Shown here: positions 43,906 to 55,425 of the stretch, piece by piece
How the letters are laid out: every line of letters starts with the position of its first letter
Position numbering within the stretch: position 1 is the stretch's first letter
Origin: Alphaproteobacteria bacterium
Lineage (GTDB): Bacteria > Pseudomonadota > Alphaproteobacteria > MPNO01 > UBA830
Assembly: GCA_964291215.2 (NCBI GenBank)
Contig: OZ219790.1
Coordinates: 1,152,001-1,216,000 of the forward strand
Direction of reading: 5' to 3'
Length of the DNA: 64,000 nucleotides
Notes under the pieces: model-generated
What the model saw: the letters and a program-made list of their open reading frames with translations, nothing else
What the model was told of the DNA's origin: nothing
The model's database searches: none
Program-made: the position numbers and the translations under genes

Positions 43906-45020
43906 CGGAGTACCGGAAGATGCCGCCGGGCGAGCGCCAGGCGATGCTCGCGGCGACCGTCGAGGCCGGGTGATGGCGATGGTCAACGCGGCGCGCGAGG
44001 AGTTCGAAGCGGCCAAGACCGCGGCGCTGCCGGCAAGGTGGCGGAAGAGGCCGTCATCCGCGTCTTCGTCATCCTGCTCGACATCCTCATCGTCGTCCTT
44101 CTGGAGAAGACCACGCACGAGCCGGAACTCCGGTCTGCCGCCGTCACAGACGGACAAGAGCGTGCCGGGAGCAACGGCCCGAAGCCGAACCGGCAGATGG
44201 GCGACAACCTGCGCAAGACCATCGTCGAGGAAACGGTCGCGGCCTGCGACGCCTGCGGCGCTGACATCGACGGCCCCGTCGATCGGAAGCGCCGCACGAC
44301 ATCGTGTTCGAGGTCGTCGATCGCCGCGCCGAAATCAAGGAATGCCCGAAGTGCAAGGCCCGGACCAAGGGCCGGTTCCCCGACAACATCCCGTGCAGTA
44401 CGGCATCGGCATCCAGGCCCTCGTCATCAACCTGCTGGTCGCCCAGATGCTGTCCCTGCGCCGTGCCGTCGCGTTCGTGCAGGCGATCTCCGGCATCGAG
44501 CTCTCCGAGGCAACCTGCCTCAGCTATGCTTTCACGATGCGTCATGGGAGGAGGCCGCCGTGGCGCACCTCCTGCAACGCCCGATGTCGACGATTTCGGA
44601 TCAACAGTAAGTGGCTCCATGTCGTGGGACCCTGACGTGCAAGTTCCCGCACCGCAAGCGCGGCCGGGAGGCAAGAGATCGGCATCATCCCGTGCTACAA
44701 GGGCGTCCTGAGCCACGACTGCTGGGCCTCGTACATGGGCCAGTGTAGCCACCAGCTGTGCGGCAGCCACCTGCTGCGCGAACTGACCTTTGTCGTCGAG
44801 GCTACCGCGCGACTGATGAAGAGCCTGCTCCGCGAGGTCTGCCACAAGGTCAACAAGAGCGCATCCAAAACCCTGAACGACGCCGGGCGCAAGCGCTACC
44901 GCACCATCAGGGCGCCAGGGAACTGCCCGATATCCCGACGAAAGGAAAACGTGGACGCAAACGCGCACAACCTGCACGAACGTCTCGTGAAACACGAAAA
45001 CCTGCGCTTCACAGACGACC

Positions 45021-46678
45021 ATCGCGGTAGGGAACCGGGTTACCCCCCGCACAGAACCGGACGTGCGCTGTTCGCTCCTCCCTCAGGTCCTGACAAGGCG
45101 CTGGTTTGGCCACGGGTGGCGGATGCTGGCTCAGTGGGCAGCGGTGAGGGTGTCTACGTCCCCGGTGAAGTCCTTTTGGGAGCGTCGCCGAAGGGCACGC
45201 AGCTGTTTGCATTGGTGTATGAACTTCTGCAGGCTGCTTCCTGGAACGGCGTAGTAGCAGCCGTTGATAACTCACCACTTGGCCGTTTCGTGCCGGTTAT
45301 CGTGCCACCGCCTGCGCAAGGCCTCCTTGATCCGCCGCAGGGTGCCCGTTTGCGAGATGGTTTGCGACCGACCCTGAACCTGCCTTTCCTCGTCTGTTCG
45401 CAGAAGTGCGTCATGCCGAGGAAGTCGAACGTCTTGCCCTGCTTCCGGCGGTTTGCTCTGGCAAACCGACCGAACTCGATGATTTTCCGGGTGCAGTTCA
45501 AGTGGGCCAGTCTCTCCCCAAGGTCTCGGAGAAAGCGCCGCGCGTCGCCCAGACGCTGAAAGCCGCACACGAAGTCATCCGCATAATGATCGTGTCGCCT
45601 CCAGCCATCCGCTTGCGCCAGTGGTTCTGGAACCAGTCATCGAGCACGTAGTGCAGGTAGACGTTCGCAAGGCATGGCGCCGCCCCTTGCGGTGTTCCCT
45701 TGCCCGTATCAGTCGGTCCCTTCCATGACGCCGGCGTTCAGCCACTTGATGATCAGACCCCCCGATCCGTTTCCCGAGCATCGCGACCAGATGGTCGCGG
45801 TTGTCGAAGAACCCCCGGATGTCGGCGTCAACGATCCAGTTGACCTTCCGCCGTTCCACTCCGACCGCGACGGCATCGAGCGCATGATGCGCCCTGGCCG
45901 GAAGCCGTAACTAAACCCGAGGAACTCCGTCTCGCGGCACCAGAATCACACCGCCCGCTGAAGAATCTTGTCCGAGGCAAGCGGTCGTTGCCCTCCATCC
46001 TCCTTGGGTATGTAAACCCGCCGAGATGGAGGCGCCCGGTACGCACCCCTGTGCACACGGGCGTGCAGGCAGTTCCACACCCTCCGCATACGCTTGCCAC
46101 ACAACGCCGTCCACGCCCGCCGCCGCGTCCTTCCTCAAGGAATGGAACGCATCGTGCAGAGTGTCGACCGTCACGTGGTGGAGTAGCGCCACAAGACGCT
46201 CTTCCGGGTTCCTCTTCGCTACCTGCGTTCAGCCGCCTGTGACCCCCGCTTCTGCGCGCGGCGCGGGCCAACCGCATTGCCCTTCCCTCCAGCAACTCCG
46301 CAGGCTCCGAAGAACCCTTGTTCGCCGCCTTCAACGGTACTATGGCCGAATCTGACTTCTCGTTCATCATCGGTTTACGGATTAGTTCCTTTCCTCTGCG
46401 GCCCCTCCACGACAGAGGGGCAAGACCTCCCAGGTCCCTGCTTCGGCCATGGTTCTCGGACCCCGCGGAGCCCCCGTTCGCCTCACCAACGCGGCTCGTT
46501 GCCTTCGGCCACGACCTCGGCACTCCGGTTTCAAAGCATCTCGTGGCTCAATAGCCTGCCGCTCCCCAACGCTTCGCCTGGCGCCTCACGACGCATGGTT
46601 CACGGAGAAAGTGGTGGTTAGCCTCTCTTCCTACCGGGACTTGCACCCGGCCACATTCCACCAGTTTGCCTGGCGCAC
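45021..46678 (-). mobile_element. Decayed group II intron with RT pseudogene
   Basis: 5' GTGCG at 46678; 3' DV/DVI-like ...gcacgtccggttctgtgcgggg...ccctaccgcgAT at 45021. RT remnants AAGVDG, YGFRPG, DADIRGFFD, YADDF, FDFLG. Removal restores IS66 ttc aca gac gac ccc gat gtc (FTDDPDV). Confidence 0.92.
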
Positions 46679-46973
46679 CCGATGTCAGCTTCACCAACAA
46701 TGCCGGAGAACAGAAGATCAGGATGGCAAAGGTCAAGGTGTCCGGATGCTTCCGCTCCACGCAAAAGCATGGTGCCGGGGCTCAAGCTACCTCACCTCCA
46801 TGGCCGCACTCGGCTACAATCATCACGTCGCAACCCAGATCGCCCTCGACGGAAAAGCCGCAGACATCATCAACGAGCACTATGGCCAATCAGAACCCAA
46901 CAAGGGGTGAGTAGATACCATAACGATACGTCTGATCGACGCTGGAACTTCGGACTAGCGTGGGATCGCCGTG

Positions 46974-48339
46974 TGCTGCCCCTGTTCGAGCCGCTTCGGG
47001 ACGCGATCCTCGCGCACCGGAACGAGGCGGGTCTGCGCCATGCCGATGCATCCGGGCCCCGAGGGAGATCCGGAAGTCGCGCTTGGCTCCGGACATCGGT
47101 CAGCCGTGACGCGGCCCTCTCCCTCGCGCAGCGCCGAGGTCGCGGCGAAGCTGTTCGCGGACGCCCCCATGTATCCGGTCTGCGACCGCTACGGCGCCTG
47201 CAAGAAGCTGGCGCGCCTGCGGTCCTTCATCATCCTGTGCTGTTGCCGGGCGCATTGTCGACGCGACTTTCCGGACTGCGCCGGCCGCAGCTGGAGGGGT
47301 GGGCGGACAAATGGATCGATCGCGGAGATCTGCCGCCTGAACACGGCTCGACTGCCTTGCTTCCGGCGGCCGGGCGGCGGCAGGCCGCGCAGGCGGCGCC
47401 GGAGACTGCGGTCGCTGTTTGCGGAAGCGCCGAGGCTTCCGAAAGCGGCGCCGGAAGGCAGGCCGCTGCGCTCAACCATCGCGTGTTTGTCGACCATGGA
47501 CAACAATTTCGGGGAAGGGCTGTCAGGGGCCCGGGCGGAAGCCCGGCTTCGGTTCCGACAGCATGAACGGCTGTCATGTACACGGCACGGTCGCGAGGAG
47601 CGGCCTCGACGTTCTGCGCTGGCGCCTGCGCGGAGAACGGCGGCCCGGCGATCTGTCGCCCTGGTTGCCGTGAGCCCGGAGAGGCGGCGGAGATTCGCAG
47701 CGCCGCCGTGAGGTCGAGGGCGCGACTTCATGGTCGCGCAGTGCTGCGACGATCACGGAGCGGACCCCATCGCCCGCGCCTTCTGCCGCCGCCAGCCCCC
47801 GAAGCTGATCACGTCAGACACCGAGCCGCCGCCCCGAAGACCCTCGACGAGCTCCGCCCGCTGACACGACCTCGGATACACGCGCCTGGTCGGCGCGCAG
47901 ATGCGCTACGCGGTCCATGACCGGAACGGCGAGCCGCTGCTTCTCGACCGCCGCATGGACCGCGCGCTGCAACACCACGCCCGTGCCCTGCGAGATCTTG
48001 GTCGAGGTCCCGCGCCGCGGCGTCTGCCGGATCCGCGTCGAAACAACCAGCGGCCGCCACGACCGACATGACAGAAGCCGAAGAAGGACATCTGGCCCGC
48101 TCCGCAAGAACTGGAAGCGGACCCTCAGACCCCTGCAACCGGCACGGGATGGCGCTCAGCTCCTCCTCCGCAGCGCCGGGACAAAACCGCAACCAATGCG
48201 GAAAGCACAGCATGGCGCCAGTGCCCCTCACCGCGCATCCTGGCGCACGAAACCGCTCCGGGTGACGCTGGAACTCCCTGACAAAAGCCCGTCAAACGGA
48301 CGAAAACAACAACACCTCACCGCACGAACGAACGCTTAC
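46974..48339 (+). mobile_element. Second decayed IS66 (tnpC 3' part, DUF4338-like passenger, right TIR)
   Basis: LPLFEPL, HAD, VCDRYG.KKL, AHCRRDF, MDNN; then LGY..LVGAQMRY...FSTAAW...KKDIW; ends cgaacgcttac. Preceded by an ISAs1 TIR copy at 46958-46973. Confidence 0.72.
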
Positions 48340-48525
48340 CCTGACAGGATCAGACCCTATCTTTCCCAACCCGCTTGCGACCATGCATCTTGAACACCAC
48401 AGTACCGGGTGGTTCGCAGCCTCGGCCTACGCGGCGGTTCAGGAGGATCTGCCCATCTCTTGAGCGGAAGCACTTCGGCGACGGTCTCTTCCGACCCACC
48501 TCCCACCTTCCTGGCACATGGCTGC

Positions 48526-50937
48526 CTATACGGCGCGGCCGCTTCCCGTTCTTGCCGCGCCGGCAGCGCCTACGGCGGAATCCCTCGTCTCCCAGTCAAC
48601 CCCCTTGGCATGCAGCGTCGCGCGCGGGGCATCCACGGATCCCGGCCTTGCCTGTTCCATCAGATCTTCGAACTGCGCTCGTTCACGCTCGAATTCCCGA
48701 AACGCGGCAAACTGCCCAGCGCGGTACTGTTCCGGCCAGACCACCTCCTCGACGCCGTAATAGGCCGCAGCCTGCATCGTGAAATACGGGTTGTAAAGGT
48801 GGGTACGAGCCAGCGCCACAAGATCGGCTCGCCCGGCAGCGATTATGGTGTTTACCTGGTCCCAAGTGAAGATATTACCGGCGACCACTGTGGGAATACC
48901 GGCTTCTATACGGATGCGTTCGGAGAACGGCGTCTGGAACATACGTCCGTAGATGGGCCTTTCCGCGGGATCAGTCTGCCCGGTGGACACATTGATCAGG
49001 TCACAGCCATGTACGGCGAAAACGCGAGCGAACGCAACCGCGTCCTCGCCCGTGGTGCCCCCTTCCATCCAGTCGGTGGCCGATATCCGGACCGACATCG
49101 GGCGCTCGTCTGGCCATACTGCCCTGCAGGCGTCAAAGACCTCAAGCGGATAACGCAGGCGGTTTTCGACGCTGCCACCATAGTCGTCGGTCCGGCGATT
49201 GGTCCAAGGCGACAGGAAGGAAGCAAGCAGGTAACCGTGCGCACAATGCAATTCCAGCTGATCAAATCCGGCAGCAGCAGCCCGTTCTGCTGCGGCAACG
49301 AAATCCACCTTCACCGCATCCATGTCGGTCCGCGACATCTCCCGCGGCACCCGTGAGACTTCGAGATAGGGAACGGGCGATGCAGAAATGAGCTCCCAGC
49401 CGCCTTCGTCAAGCGGCTGGTCGATGCCGTCCCAAGCGACTTTCGTCGCGCCCTTGCGGCCGGCATGGCCAATTTGAATCGCCAGCCTCGCATCGGTCTG
49501 CGTATGCACGAAGGCAGCAATCCGCTCCCAGCCGGCAGCCTGCACATCATTCCAGATGCCGGCGCAGCCGGGGGTGATGCGCCCGTCGGCGCTCACGCAC
49601 GCCATCTCGGTAAAGATCAAGCCCGCACCGCCCATGGCCCGGCTCGCGAGGTGAACGTAGTGCCAGTCGTCCGGCAAACCGTCGACCGCGCTGTACTGGC
49701 ACATGGGAGAGACAGCGACACGGTTGGCAAGGCGCATGTCGCGAAGCTGTAGCGGCGTGAACATCGGCGGCATCGGCCTTGCCCTGCCGCCGTGACGTTC
49801 GGCAGCATCTTTCGAGAACCACCGGTCGACCTCGTTAACAAAACCACCGTCGCGCAGGCGGAGATTGTCGTACGTAATCGCCTTTGAGCGCGACAGCAAA
49901 CTGAAGGTGAACTGGATCGGGTTCATGTCCCGATAACGCTCGACATGCTCGAACCATGACAGCGACACGTCCGCCGCATGCTGGAGACGCTCGACCTCGC
50001 CACGACGGGTGGCGCTGTAGTTGGCGAGAATATCGGCGACTGAGCCGGATTCCTGGAAGCACTCAAACAGCGCTATTGCGTCTTCCATCGCCAGTTTCGT
50101 ACCCGAGCCAATGGAGAAATGCGCGGTATGCGCGGCGTCTCCGATCAGCACAAGATTGTCGCGAACCCAGTTCTCACACCGGATCATCGGGAAGTTGCGC
50201 CAGATCGAGCGGTTGGCGATAACCTCGTAGCCGTCAAGGAAATCCTTGTAGAGTCGGGCGACATACGCAACCGTATTCGCTTCGGTGGCATCCGCGAGTC
50301 CCGCCTTTCGCCAAGTGTCCTCGGTGGTCTCGACAATCCATGTACTCATCTCATCGTTGTACTGGTAGGCGTGCAGGTTCCAGATCCCGGCATCGTTTTC
50401 GCGAAAATCGAACGTGAACGCGTCCAGCGGACAGGTCGTGCCGAGCCATACGAACTTGTTCGGCCGCCAGTCGAAACTCGGCCTGAAATGACCAGCGTAA
50501 CGGTCGCGAATCCAAGAGTTGATTCCGTTGGCGGCAATTATCAGATCTGCATCCCCCGAGACTTGGTCCAGCGAGGTGATCTCGCGTTCGAACTCGAACT
50601 CTACCCCGACCTCGCGGCAACGGTCCTGAAGCAGGAGAAGCATGTCTTTGCGCGACATGCCACAGAAGCCATGTCCGCCCGAATCGATTCTCTCCCCCTT
50701 GAAGTAGGTGTGAATGCTGTCCCAATGAGCGAACGACCGATGGATGCGGTCATACGAGACGGGATCGTACCCGCGAAAATGTCCGAGGGTCTCGGCCGAG
50801 AACACGATTCCGAACCCGAACGTGTCGTCGGGCCGGTTCTGCTCGTAGATCCTGATCCGATGCCTAGGATCCGCCTTCTTCATCAGCAGGGCGAAATAGA
50901 GACCTGCCGGACCGCCACCGATGACCTCGATCTTCAT
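48526..50937 (-). CDS. abmA: Bifunctional 2-aminobenzoyl-CoA monooxygenase/reductase (salicylyl-CoA 5-hydroxylase family)
   Basis: GGGPAGLY, DTFGFG, GDAAHTAHFSIGSGTKLAMED, then OYE domain SPMCQYSA, HCAHGYLL..FLSP..N.R.D.YGG. Confidence 0.92.
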   Translation of the reverse strand: MKIEVIGGGPAGLYFALLMKKADPRHRIRIYEQNRPDDTFGFGIVFSAETLGHFRGYDPVSYDRIHRSFAHWDSIHTYFKGERIDSGGHGFCGMSRKDMLLLLQDRCREVGVEFEFEREITSLDQVSGDADLIIAANGINSWIRDRYAGHFRPSFDWRPNKFVWLGTTCPLDAFTFDFRENDAGIWNLHAYQYNDEMSTWIVETTEDTWRKAGLADATEANTVAYVARLYKDFLDGYEVIANRSIWRNFPMIRCENWVRDNLVLIGDAAHTAHFSIGSGTKLAMEDAIALFECFQESGSVADILANYSATRRGEVERLQHAADVSLSWFEHVERYRDMNPIQFTFSLLSRSKAITYDNLRLRDGGFVNEVDRWFSKDAAERHGGRARPMPPMFTPLQLRDMRLANRVAVSPMCQYSAVDGLPDDWHYVHLASRAMGGAGLIFTEMACVSADGRITPGCAGIWNDVQAAGWERIAAFVHTQTDARLAIQIGHAGRKGATKVAWDGIDQPLDEGGWELISASPVPYLEVSRVPREMSRTDMDAVKVDFVAAAERAAAAGFDQLELHCAHGYLLASFLSPWTNRRTDDYGGSVENRLRYPLEVFDACRAVWPDERPMSVRISATDWMEGGTTGEDAVAFARVFAVHGCDLINVSTGQTDPAERPIYGRMFQTPFSERIRIEAGIPTVVAGNIFTWDQVNTIIAAGRADLVALARTHLYNPYFTMQAAAYYGVEEVVWPEQYRAGQFAAFREFERERAQFEDLMEQARPGSVDAPRATLHAKGVDWETRDSAVGAAGAARTGSGRAV

Positions 50938-50988
50938 CTTGCCCTCCGCATGCCGGGGCGCAGACACGAAAACGCCCCAAGAATATTA

Positions 50989-51002
50989 TTTTAGATCTAA
51001 AA
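50989..51002. promoter_or_regulatory. Putative MarR operator upstream of abmA
   Basis: Perfect palindrome TTTTAGATCTAAAA about 50 bp upstream of the ATG. Confidence 0.55.
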
Positions 51003-51128
51003 CAATTCCGTTCAAGACGGTGCCTCTGCTTCCGGGCCGGAACATCCGCAGGCACATGTTTTCGGGAAAGCTGCGATCCTGCCTGTCAGGATCGCTCCGG
51101 CCGCCGGGATGCGCTCTACAGGAAGAGT

Positions 51129-51619
51129 CTACTTGCCCTTGGTGTCGAGGCCGAACAAGCGCGCCGCGTTGTATCCGAGGACATTTCGCTTCACCTGTTC
51201 GTCCAGAAAGGGCAGATCCGTGATCACCGTGGGGAGATCAAAGTCCCAGTACAGGCAGTCCGAAGCGTAGAGAAGTCGGGTCGACGCATCGATGGCTTCG
51301 AACGTGGCCTCGAGGAGCTTCATGTTGGTGCGCTCCATGGGCTGGCAGGTGAAATACATCTCGCGGATGTATTCGCTCGGCAGCCGTTTCAGATTCGGGG
51401 CCTCGGACGAGCGCATCAGGTACTCGCTGTCAAGGCGTTGTTGCATGAACGGGACCCAAGCAAGCCCCGATTCTATCCAGACCACCGGCAGGTTCGGGCA
51501 GGCCGTTGATAACCCGGTTCGTGAGATGAACGATGTTGCACAGCTCGAAACTCATCGCATGTATCGAAATGAAACGGTTGAGTTGTCCGACATAGCCTTC
51601 ATGCTGCCAATTGGGACCG
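51129..51619 (-). pseudogene. Amidohydrolase_2 family, C-terminal part
   Basis: GPNW...LNRFIS.HA, WIESGLAWVPF, QPME, LLYASD..WDFDLP, NAARLFGL; truncated by IS3. Confidence 0.8.
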
Positions 51620-54124
51620 TGTAGCGCCCTAGGGTTATTGAGACGCTTGTGAAGCTTATGTGGCGGCTGGGATTTTGTCCATTGCGTCGCGTCTGAACTG
51701 GTTTGGCGAGCGGTGTCCATGCCGCTGTATCAGCCATTGTTCGTTGTAGTCGTCCTTCAACTTCTGAAGGGCCGCTTGCAGCTCCTCAATGGATTCGAAT
51801 GTCCTGACCCGGAGCAGGTTCTCCTTCAGTATGCGGATGAAGCGCTCGGCACAACCGTTGCCTTCAGGGGCTCGGACAAAGGATGGTGAGGATTTCGCGC
51901 CCGACTAGTAGTCTAACATTATTGTTTTGATGGATATAGTGACTTCAGTTTCGTCCGGGCATCCTTCGTCGTGAAACGCCAGTCGACAGTGACATCGGCC
52001 GCATTGCGCCGTTCCACCCACGCCGCCGTCTCCCGCAGCATGGTGTCGCGGTCGGGAATGCGTCGCCGAAGGCACTGCCGCGACAGCGCACCGATCTCGG
52101 CCATGTTGAGCCAGCTTCCGTGCTTCGGCGTGTAGCGAAACTCGAACCGTTTTCGCACCCGCCTCCTCGGGCTCGAAGGCTTCATACAGCGACTGTGCGT
52201 GTTCAGATTGTCCAGCACGATCTTCCTGTCGGGGAAATGGTCGTCGGCAAGCTCCCAGATGAAGTGCGCCCAGTCCCGCGGCGGTCGGTGACTTTCACCG
52301 TGCGCCAGTTTTCGTTGGGCGCAAAGGCCATGAAGAGGTTGGCCGTGCCGTTGCGCTCATATTCATAGTCGACCACCTCCGGCTGACCGGGGGATGCGGG
52401 TTTCCTGCTGCCGGCTGGTCTCAGCACCTCGTCCCTGGCAAAGTCCCGCTGACAAATGTCAAGCACATCCTCCATCGCCGCCACGAACTGTGCGCTCCGG
52501 TGCGGTGGAATGCACCAGTTCAGCCACGGCTTGATCTCTTTTTTTTAGCGTCTTCCTGACCGTCTCTTCCGAAATGCGCTCGACGATCTCCACCAGACGG
52601 CCGGCGAGCAGCGTCCACAGCCCTCGGGCGGGGACGAACAGGGCGACCAGCTTCGCCTCCATCGCCCCGTCCAGCCGTTTTGGCCGGCGGTTCACCTGCT
52701 CCTTGCGGCTGAGGGCGGCGTCCAGCCCCTCCAGGACGCAGCGCTTGCGCAAGCGCTCGACCGTCGCCGTGCCCAGCCCTATGTCGGCATCGACAAGCGC
52801 CCCCTCAGCATCAGGATTTGTGCCCGGCGCCAGGCAGCCCCGGTGCCGTCGACAATCGCCTTCAGATCCCGGCGCTCCTGCGCTGAAAGGGTCACCCGGT
52901 AGAGCTTCCTGCCCCGAAAGTTGGCCATATGCGCCGCTCCTGTCATTGCGCCGAAGACCTGCGGGCATGCCCGTTGTCCGGACCTGCGCATGGGGCTGCC
53001 TGCCTGTTCGGCATCTGCCCGTGTGGATATCGGCACTGTCCAGATTCCAACGAACGCCGACACGAAAATACTACCCACAAAAAACCATCAATACAATGCC
53101 GGTGGACTACTAGGCACTCTCGTTCTGGAAGTCGTGGCTGATATACTGCGAGCCGTTATCATGGCGGATCGTCAGGCTGGCGGCTACGTCTTTTCCGACG
53201 GCTCCGAGGCATTCACGCACCCCCTGGCGGATCGGTTGAAGCGCCTCGAAGCGGGTCCCCCGCCTGGCGGCATGGATGCCCGCACACCTCGCCGAGCAAT
53301 GATCTGCTGCGACGAAGACCGCCACCTGCTGACCGGTGCTCGGGAGTGTCGCGGTCATCCCTACATTTCGTCGATGTTGTCCGGGATGATGGTCCCGTCA
53401 TGCGCGCGCGGTCCATGGGCCACCCCGTGGCAGGCCCTGGCGCATAGGCCACGCATCAGCCGCAGAACCCGCGCCTTCGAAGTGCGAATGTCCTTGTAAC
53501 GCAGACATGCCCGGACCTTGCGGTAGACCTCGCCGTAGAACGGGCTGTCGGTGATCGCTTGCTTGATCTCCTCAACCAGTTCCGCGTCGGACATCGGTCC
53601 CTGTGGCCCAAGGCCATGGCGCACCGGAGGCGGCGCCGGTTGCAAATCACGGTAAACGCTGGCCCGGCTCAAGCCCCGGACCCGGCACACCCGAGAGATA
53701 CCGTAGCTCTTGCCCGTGGAGACCGAGATGGGACGGTGCTCATCGCTTCGACCTCCGGCGCCCAAAAGGGTGGCCCGCCTCCATCTTCGCGATCTTCTCA
53801 TGGAGAAGCTCGTTATCCATCGTGACCTCGACCACCTTGGCGCGCAGCCTGTCGATCTCCTCGTCCCGGGCATCGCGCGGGCGCTACTTCAGATTGCTGA
53901 CACCACCTTCCAGAAACGCATCCCGCCAGTTGCTCATATCCGCAGCCGTCGCCTCAAGCGATCGCGCGACCAACTCGACATCCGCGCCGCGAAGAACACG
54001 CAGCACCGCTTCCTGCTTTCGCGCAGCCGTCAGTCTGCGCCGCCGCGCAGGATCCGGATCTGCTGCCATATGTGATGACTCCACAGTTCCCGCTCCTGCG
54101 CACTCAACTTTCTTCTGTTTCATC
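51620..54124 (-). mobile_element. Decayed IS3-family element interrupted by IS630 copy 1
   Basis: Terminal tgtagcgccctagggttattgagac at 51620. orfA RKQEAVLRVLRG; orfB RHDNGSQY resuming after the IS630 as FVRAPEGNGCAERF. Confidence 0.85.
51905..53113 (-). mobile_element. IS630 copy 1 (non-autonomous)
   Basis: Ends ctagtagtc...gactactag at a CTAG target; DYEYERNG, DNLNTH, TPKHGSWLNMAE. Confidence 0.92.
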
Positions 54125-54125
54125 A

Positions 54126-54149
54126 CCCCACTTCCAGTCTGAAGTGGGG
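54126..54149. repeat. Collapsed IS30-like MITE, copy B
   Basis: ccccacttccagtctgaagtgggg equals the left end joined to the right end through the shared GAAGTG. Confidence 0.6.
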
Positions 54150-54300
54150 ATATTAATAGTTTATGATTCAAACTCTTACTGATGCGGGGGTCACGGATAT
54201 GGCGTTCAAGCTGGTATTGCAGGTGCGCGGGTTGAGCGACGAGGCGTTTCGGGAGGCCTTCGGCACAGAGGAGTAGTGCCGCGCGGCGCTGGCCCTGTCG
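54150..54300 (+). mobile_element. IS1595-like transposase 5' remnant
   Basis: MAFKLVLQVRGLSDEAFREAFGTEE*CRAAL resembles IS1595 N-termini (GLS..F...GTEEQC). Confidence 0.55.
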
Positions 54301-54684
54301 AACTGGCCTGACGCCGCCGGCGACCCGTGCCGCTGGTGGCCAGCGCGGTTGCATTCCTCGGACTCGGAAAGTGGGGCCCGCGACGGGAAGAGACCGGATG
54401 AGCGGAGCTAGAGCGGACCTTCCGCCCGTTAGAGGAACAGCCGGACCTGACGGGCCCCCAGGCTGCGCGATGCGCTCGCCACCGAGGGCCTTCTGTTCAA
54501 AGCATCCGCCCGGTCTACGGCTTCCTCAGGTGCCACGGCCTCCAGCGCCGCAAGCGCTTCGCCCGCCTCCGGGGCACGCCCTGCGGCTGACCGTGCCGGA
54601 AAAAGCGCTTGGCGCTGGTTTGCAATTGTCTGCTATAGTTGCAGCCAGACTGGCGGCTGACTGCTTATGCGTGGAGGCGAGGCG

Positions 54685-55425
54685 ATGAAAGGCGGCAACG
54701 AATACCGGTTTGTCATCGACGCCTATAGTCCCGAGACACTCCCGATGGTGCGCTTGGCGGAATATATGGCCAATCTCGCACGGCTTCTTGGCCGGGCCGA
54801 ACAGGTGCATTTCGTGCGTATCGAGGGCGGCAGCGCGGTGCTGGTGCAGCGCGTCGAACACGAGGCCGAGCCGGAAGTCTGGGGCCGGATAGGTTCGCTC
54901 GCGGACGGCAGCGCTCCCGACGATGTGTTGAAGGCTTTTCGCGCGTTGAACCGATGTCTGGCCGATGACAGGGCGACGGGCAGCTTGCAAGACGGCGGCG
55001 GCGAAGTGGTCCGGTTTCCCGGCTGCGAGCAACGACCGATGCCTGCCTTCGACAACTTCAATCAGGCAGGCGTGCTCGACGGCCAGTTAATCCGGGTCGG
55101 CGGGCGGGACGATACCGTGCCCGTGCATTTTCAGGACGGCGGGACGATCCATATTTGCAACGCCAATCGTGACATGGCCAAGCGCCTTGGACCGTATCTT
55201 TACGGTCCGACCCTGCGCGTTCAGGGAGAGGGGCGGTGGGAGCGCGATGGCGACGGCCAGTGGTGGATGAGGCGCTTCACTATAAAAGAATTCAAGCTGC
55301 TCGACGACGCGCCTCTCGGTGAAGTCGTCGAACGGCTGCGCGGAGTGGAAGGTAACGGCTGGAAAGTTGTCGAAGACTCCTGGACGGAACTTCGAAGATT
55401 GCGCGGACAGGATGGAGGGCGTTAA
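54685..55425 (+). CDS. Conserved hypothetical protein translationally coupled to a PIN-domain gene
   Basis: Intact 246-aa ORF (IDAYSPETLPM.RLAEY), RBS GGAGG/GAGG; TAATG overlap with the next gene. Confidence 0.8.
   Translation: MKGGNEYRFVIDAYSPETLPMVRLAEYMANLARLLGRAEQVHFVRIEGGSAVLVQRVEHEAEPEVWGRIGSLADGSAPDDVLKAFRALNRCLADDRATGSLQDGGGEVVRFPGCEQRPMPAFDNFNQAGVLDGQLIRVGGRDDTVPVHFQDGGTIHICNANRDMAKRLGPYLYGPTLRVQGEGRWERDGDGQWWMRRFTIKEFKLLDDAPLGEVVERLRGVEGNGWKVVEDSWTELRRLRGQDGGR

Larger units (their letters stand above)
43653..46918 (+). mobile_element. Decayed IS66-family element (single-ORF type)
   Basis: TIRs gtaactgctcacccc / ggggtgagtagatac. 8-bp TSD CATAACGA at 43645-43652 and 46919-46926. Remnants HDCWASY, HQLCGSHLLREL, FTNNAGE, KVSGCFRS. 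Confidence 0.9.
41909..46958 (+). mobile_element. Decayed IS1634 carrying nested IS66 and group II intron
   Basis: TIRs ctaggccgaagttcc / ggaacttcggactag. Transposase remnants 42061-43598 (MYIDIVPNR, KVRKRTIANLS, GHSRDGKKGKLQ, VGDRG, VERAFRSLK, HVFLCMLA). No TSD seen. Confidence 0.85.
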
